In this document: piece after piece, positions 60,303 to 64,000 of the stretch
How the letters are laid out: each line of letters opens with the position of its first letter
How positions within the stretch are numbered: position 1 is the stretch's first letter
Made by a program: the position numbers and the translations under genes
Origin: Chloroflexota bacterium
GTDB lineage: Bacteria > Chloroflexota > Dormibacteria > DASZGP01
Assembly: GCA_034666405.1 (NCBI GenBank)
Contig: JAXDLW010000040.1
Location: forward strand, 6,285 to 70,284
Direction of reading: 5' to 3'
Length of the DNA stretch: 64,000 bases
Notes under the pieces: generated by a model
The model's input: the letters and a program-made list of their open reading frames with translations, nothing else
What the model was told of the DNA's origin: nothing
Database searches by the model: none

Positions 60303-61088
60303 TTGGCGGTTAACCTGCCTGTCGTTTCGCCTGGCTCGGAGGAGATCACCAGCACCGACCACGGCGACGGCATCCAGCATCACCACGTCGGGTCGACGTT
60401 CGACGTCCTCGTCGGACCCCTCGACAAGCTCATCAACTGGGGCCGGAGCAACAGCGCCTGGCCATTCGGCTTCGGGCTCTGCTGCTGCTTCATCGAGTTC
60501 ATCTCGATGAGCGCGGCCAAATTCGACATCGCCCGCTTCGGCTCTGAGGTAATCCGGCCTTCCCCTCGTCAGTGCGACGTGATGATCGTTTCCGGCACGC
60601 TCACGAAGAAGATGACGCCCGCGGTGGTTCGCCTCTTCCAGCAGATGGCCGAGCCCCGATACGTGATCGCGATGGGCAACTGCGCGGTCTCGGGAGGGAT
60701 CTTCAGCGGCGGCTACTCCCAGGTGGACGGCGTCGACCAGGTCCTGCCGGTCGACATCTACCTGCCGGGCTGCCCGCCGCGACCCGAGGCGCTGATGCAT
60801 TCGATCATCGAGCTGCAGAAGCGGATCCGCACCGAGAGCCTGATCCGTGGACGGCGGCTGCAGCCGGCAATCCCCCCGGGCACCAAGGTCGCCCACCCGT
60901 GGGGCGCCCCCGAGCAGGTGTTCCGCAAGCTCTACAAGCGCTTCTTCGATGAGCCATCGGAGCATGGAGCGCCGGCTGCCCCGGCAAGGCCCGCAGCTCC
61001 CGCCCCCCGGCCGGCCCCGGCCGCCGCGCCCGCAGCCGACACTCCCGGCGCCGCCCCGACGGGCGGGCCAGCTGCCCCGGCGTCTTGA
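60303..61088 (+). CDS. nuoB: NADH-quinone oxidoreductase subunit B with roughly 45-aa Pro/Ala-rich C-terminal tail
   Basis: 261 aa. N2 cluster ligand motifs GLCCCFIEF, GNCAVSGG, LPGCPPRPE. Tail PAAPARPAAPAPRPAPAAAPAADTPGAAPTGGPAAPAS. Confidence 0.9.
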   Translation: MAVNLPVVSPGSEEITSTDHGDGIQHHHVGSTFDVLVGPLDKLINWGRSNSAWPFGFGLCCCFIEFISMSAAKFDIARFGSEVIRPSPRQCDVMIVSGTLTKKMTPAVVRLFQQMAEPRYVIAMGNCAVSGGIFSGGYSQVDGVDQVLPVDIYLPGCPPRPEALMHSIIELQKRIRTESLIRGRRLQPAIPPGTKVAHPWGAPEQVFRKLYKRFFDEPSEHGAPAAPARPAAPAPRPAPAAAPAADTPGAAPTGGPAAPAS

Positions 61089-61888
61089 CGCAGGAAGCCC
61101 TCTCGCTCCAGGTCAAGGTCGGCTTCGGCAAGGGCGTCGAGCCGGTCATCGACAAGGACAACGTCGTGGTGGAGGTGCCCGCGAGCCGGGTCCTCGAGTT
61201 CGCGCGCTTTGCGCGGGACCAGCTGGGCTTCGACTTCCTGACATCGATCACCGCGGTGGACAACCTCGAAGCCTTCGAGCTCCTCTACCACTGGGTGAGC
61301 ATCCGGCCCCGGAGCGCGGAGGAGATCGAGCCCGCCTATCCCGGCTACCTGCTGGCGCGCGTGCGGGTCGCCAAGGACCTGGGTGCGGAAGCCCCTGAGC
61401 CCGGTGCTGATTTCGAGCCGATCGTCAGCAGCATCACGCAGGTGTTCCCCGGCGCCAACCAGCAGGAGCGCGAGATCTTCGACCTCATGGGTATCCGCTT
61501 CAAGGGCCACCCGCGGATGGAGCGCATCCTGCTCTGGGAGGGCTTCCCCGGGCACCCCCTGCGCAAGGACTGGCGCCCGCTCAACGCCGAGATTCCCTGG
61601 CACCTCGCGGGCATGAAGGGGTTCGGCGGGGGGACGCTGGACGAGGTCGCGCCGGAGGCGCGGATCGCCGTCGACGGCAGTGGCATGGGCCAGCCGATCG
61701 TGCTGGGAACCACCCTCGAGGCGCCGCGCTACCCCAGCAGCCGGCCGCCGAAGCCCTCCGAGACGATGCGGATCAAGCTTGGCCAGGGGGGGATCGTCGA
61801 CGAGGAGGGCCCTGATGGCCCGACCGTGCAGCCCGGTATCGGCGACCCGTCGCGGGACAGGCGCGCGCTCGGGAGCGACTCGGCATGA
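61085..61888 (+). CDS. nuoC: NADH-quinone oxidoreductase subunit C with roughly 90-aa C-terminal extension
   Basis: 267 aa. 30-kDa subunit core (LTSITAVD..., E.EIFDLMGI.F.GHP...R.L). TTGA overlap with nuoB. Confidence 0.88.
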   Translation: MTQEALSLQVKVGFGKGVEPVIDKDNVVVEVPASRVLEFARFARDQLGFDFLTSITAVDNLEAFELLYHWVSIRPRSAEEIEPAYPGYLLARVRVAKDLGAEAPEPGADFEPIVSSITQVFPGANQQEREIFDLMGIRFKGHPRMERILLWEGFPGHPLRKDWRPLNAEIPWHLAGMKGFGGGTLDEVAPEARIAVDGSGMGQPIVLGTTLEAPRYPSSRPPKPSETMRIKLGQGGIVDEEGPDGPTVQPGIGDPSRDRRALGSDSA

Positions 61889-63084
61889 CCCAGGTCCGGA
61901 CCCCCAACCGGCTGCTCCCGATCGAGGTCGAGAAGGGCCGCGTCGACCTCGCCGTCTACGCAGGTGAGGACCGCAAGGACCTGCGCTCCGACCTGGTCCA
62001 GATCAACCTCGGCCCGCACCACCCCAGCACCCATGGCGTCCTCCACTTCTTCGTCACGCTCGACGGCGAGACGGTGGTGGACCTGCGCCTGATCTTCGGG
62101 TACCTCCACCGCTCGATGGAGAAGCTCTTCGAGGGGCGAACCTACGTCGGCAACGTGGCCATAACCGACCGCATGGACTACACCGCGGCGATGCTCAACA
62201 ACTGGGGCTGGTGCCTGTGTTGCGAGAAGCTCGCGAGCCTCGAGGTGAACGAGCGCAGCCAGTGCCTGAGGACCATCGCCGGGGAGCTCAGCCGGCTCAG
62301 TTCGCACCTAATCGGCACCGGGGTGTTCGGCCAGGACGTCGGCGTCCTCGTGACCTCGGTCATGTGGGGTTTCAACTGGCGTGAGGAGGTGCTCACGGTC
62401 CTCGACGACCTGACCGGCGCCCGCATGATGTACAACTTCATGCGCCCCGGGACGGTCAACCAGGACTCGCCCCCAGGCTGGACCGACAAGGTCCGCAAGG
62501 TCATGGACGGCCTGCCTCGACACATCGAGGACTTCCACAACCTGATGACCACCAACGAGATCTTCCAGGTCCGCACCAAGGGCATCGGGATCCTCAGCAA
62601 GGAGGACGCGCTGGCTTTCTCCGTGACCGGCCCGACGCTGCGCGGCAGCGGCGTCAAGTACGACATCCGCCGGGCCCATCCCTACGGGATCTACCCCGAG
62701 CTGGACTTCGATATCCCCGTTGGCGAACTGGGCGACTGCACCGACAGGTACCTGGTGCGCATCGCCGAGATGGAGCAGTCGCGCAAGATCATCCTCCAGT
62801 GCCTGGATCGCCTCGATGCCACCGAGCCGGGCAACCTGGGCAAGGCGCCCAAGGTCTTCAAGCCCCCGGCCGGCGATGCATATGCCGAGGTCGAGGGCGC
62901 CAAGGGCGCGATCGGCTTCTACCTCAAGAGCGACGGCGGCCTCGAGCCGTATCGCGGCAAGATCCGCTCGGCGTCGTTCATCAACCTCCAGGCGCTGCCG
63001 ATGATGGTGCGCGGGTGGAAACTCGCCGACCTGATCGCCATCTTCGGCTCCATCGACATCAACATGGGTGAGGTCGACCGATGA
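61885..63084 (+). CDS. nuoD: NADH-quinone oxidoreductase subunit D
   Basis: 399 aa. INLGPHHPSTHGVL, RIAEME.S, and the C-terminal ...IDINMGEVDR. Confidence 0.92.
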   Translation: MTQVRTPNRLLPIEVEKGRVDLAVYAGEDRKDLRSDLVQINLGPHHPSTHGVLHFFVTLDGETVVDLRLIFGYLHRSMEKLFEGRTYVGNVAITDRMDYTAAMLNNWGWCLCCEKLASLEVNERSQCLRTIAGELSRLSSHLIGTGVFGQDVGVLVTSVMWGFNWREEVLTVLDDLTGARMMYNFMRPGTVNQDSPPGWTDKVRKVMDGLPRHIEDFHNLMTTNEIFQVRTKGIGILSKEDALAFSVTGPTLRGSGVKYDIRRAHPYGIYPELDFDIPVGELGDCTDRYLVRIAEMEQSRKIILQCLDRLDATEPGNLGKAPKVFKPPAGDAYAEVEGAKGAIGFYLKSDGGLEPYRGKIRSASFINLQALPMMVRGWKLADLIAIFGSIDINMGEVDR

Positions 63085-64000
63085 TCGGCTCGATCGACAT
63101 CGTCGAGTCTGCCGGACACTGGCTTCGTCAGACCCTCTATGGGTTCGGCGTGCGCGGCGTCCTGCTCGACGGCATCCTGGCCTTCGTCGCGGTGTTCGTG
63201 GTCGCCAACTTCGCGCTGGCCAACGGTGGCCTGATGAGCTTCGTCTGGCGCCGTGAGATGGCGTTGATCCAGGATCGCTGGGGCCCCAACCGCGTCGGTC
63301 CGCAGGGGCTTTTCCAGTTCCTCGCCGACGGCATCAAGATGATCACCAAGCAGGCGATGATCCCGCGCCACGCGGACCGGCTGGTGTTCATCATCGCCCC
63401 CGCCGTGGCGGCCTTCCCCTTTGTAATGGCCTACCTGGTCATCCCGTTCAGTCACGGCTCTTCGCTGGCCGACGTCAACGTCGGGGTCCTCTACCTCTTC
63501 GCGATCACCAGCCTGGCCTTCCCGGCGGTGTTCATGGCCGGTTGGAGCAGCAACAACAAGTACGCGATGATGGGCGGGATGCGCGCGATCGCGCAGCTCC
63601 TCGCCTTCGAGGTGCCCCTCACAATGTCGGCCCTCGGGGTGGTGATGCTGGCGGGGACTCTCAGCACCCAGGGCGTCGTGGTCGCGCAGCACCACCTCTG
63701 GTTCATCATCCCCCAGGTGCTGGGCGCCGGGATCTTCTTCATCGCCGGGATGGCCGAGAACGCCGCCCACCCGTTCGACCTCCCCGAGGCCGAGTCGGAG
63801 CTGGTAGCGGGGTATTACACCGAGTACTCCGGGATCATGTTCGGGCTCTTCTTCCTCGCCGAGCTGGGCACGACGTGGACCCTCGGTGCGGTGTTCACGA
63901 CCTTCTTCCTCGGCGGCTGGCAGCCCCCGGTGCTCGGCCTGTTCGATATCCCGCTGTTCTGGTTCCTGGCCAAGAGCTACCTGATGTTCGGCGTCTTCAC
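63081..64000 (+). CDS. nuoH: NADH-quinone oxidoreductase subunit H, 3' end cut by window edge
   Basis: Partial ORF. LIQDRWGPNRVGP.GLFQ..AD..K and multiple TM helices. ATGA overlap with nuoD. Confidence 0.9.
   Translation, partial: MIGSIDIVESAGHWLRQTLYGFGVRGVLLDGILAFVAVFVVANFALANGGLMSFVWRREMALIQDRWGPNRVGPQGLFQFLADGIKMITKQAMIPRHADRLVFIIAPAVAAFPFVMAYLVIPFSHGSSLADVNVGVLYLFAITSLAFPAVFMAGWSSNNKYAMMGGMRAIAQLLAFEVPLTMSALGVVMLAGTLSTQGVVVAQHHLWFIIPQVLGAGIFFIAGMAENAAHPFDLPEAESELVAGYYTEYSGIMFGLFFLAELGTTWTLGAVFTTFFLGGWQPPVLGLFDIPLFWFLAKSYLMFGVF

Overview
This is a 64-kb segment of a high-GC (roughly 68-70%) bacterial chromosome. The gene set (Mycobacterium-type KorAB, Pro/Ala-rich linkers, a T-box leader) points to an actinobacterial- or Chloroflexi-like organism with a single cell membrane. 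Most of the window is core metabolism, packed into long same-strand operons with overlapping stop/start codons. I found no CRISPR array, IS element, integrase or obvious defence system. Contents, start to end:
- A glycolytic gap-pgk-tpiA block, then a membrane protein gene, a divergent PLD-family lipoprotein gene and secG.
- An orphan family-5 solute-binding protein and tRNA-Leu(CAG).
- A mixed stretch of small accessory genes: LLM-type oxidoreductase, VOC, DUF1801, an ABC-2 exporter preceded by a 27-aa ORF and an intrinsic terminator, and an ABM monooxygenase.
- korAB (2-oxoacid:ferredoxin oxidoreductase), apparently co-transcribed with a dCache-GGDEF-HD-GYP sensor.
- An aromatic amino-acid supra-operon: aminotransferase, trpEGCFBA, aroH, DAHP synthase, tyrA, aroA.
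- A branched-chain amino-acid super-operon (ilvBNC-leuACDB-cimA) behind a near-consensus promoter and a clear T-box riboswitch, with an unexplained 64-aa ORF between the leader and ilvB.
- A locus of four very large secreted proteins (three BNR/Asp-box proteins and an S8 peptidase) plus FtsH.
- A sulfur-transfer neighbourhood: a ThrC-like PLP enzyme, a MoaD/ThiS-like carrier ending Gly-Gly-Arg, a stand-alone NIL-domain protein and MnmA.
- The start of an NADH dehydrogenase operon in the order nuoA-B-C-D-H, with no nuoEFG between D and H.
The most novel candidates are the ThrC-like/MoaD-like/NIL module and the cell-surface protein locus, which carries a coding hexanucleotide repeat and a shared C-terminal anchor.
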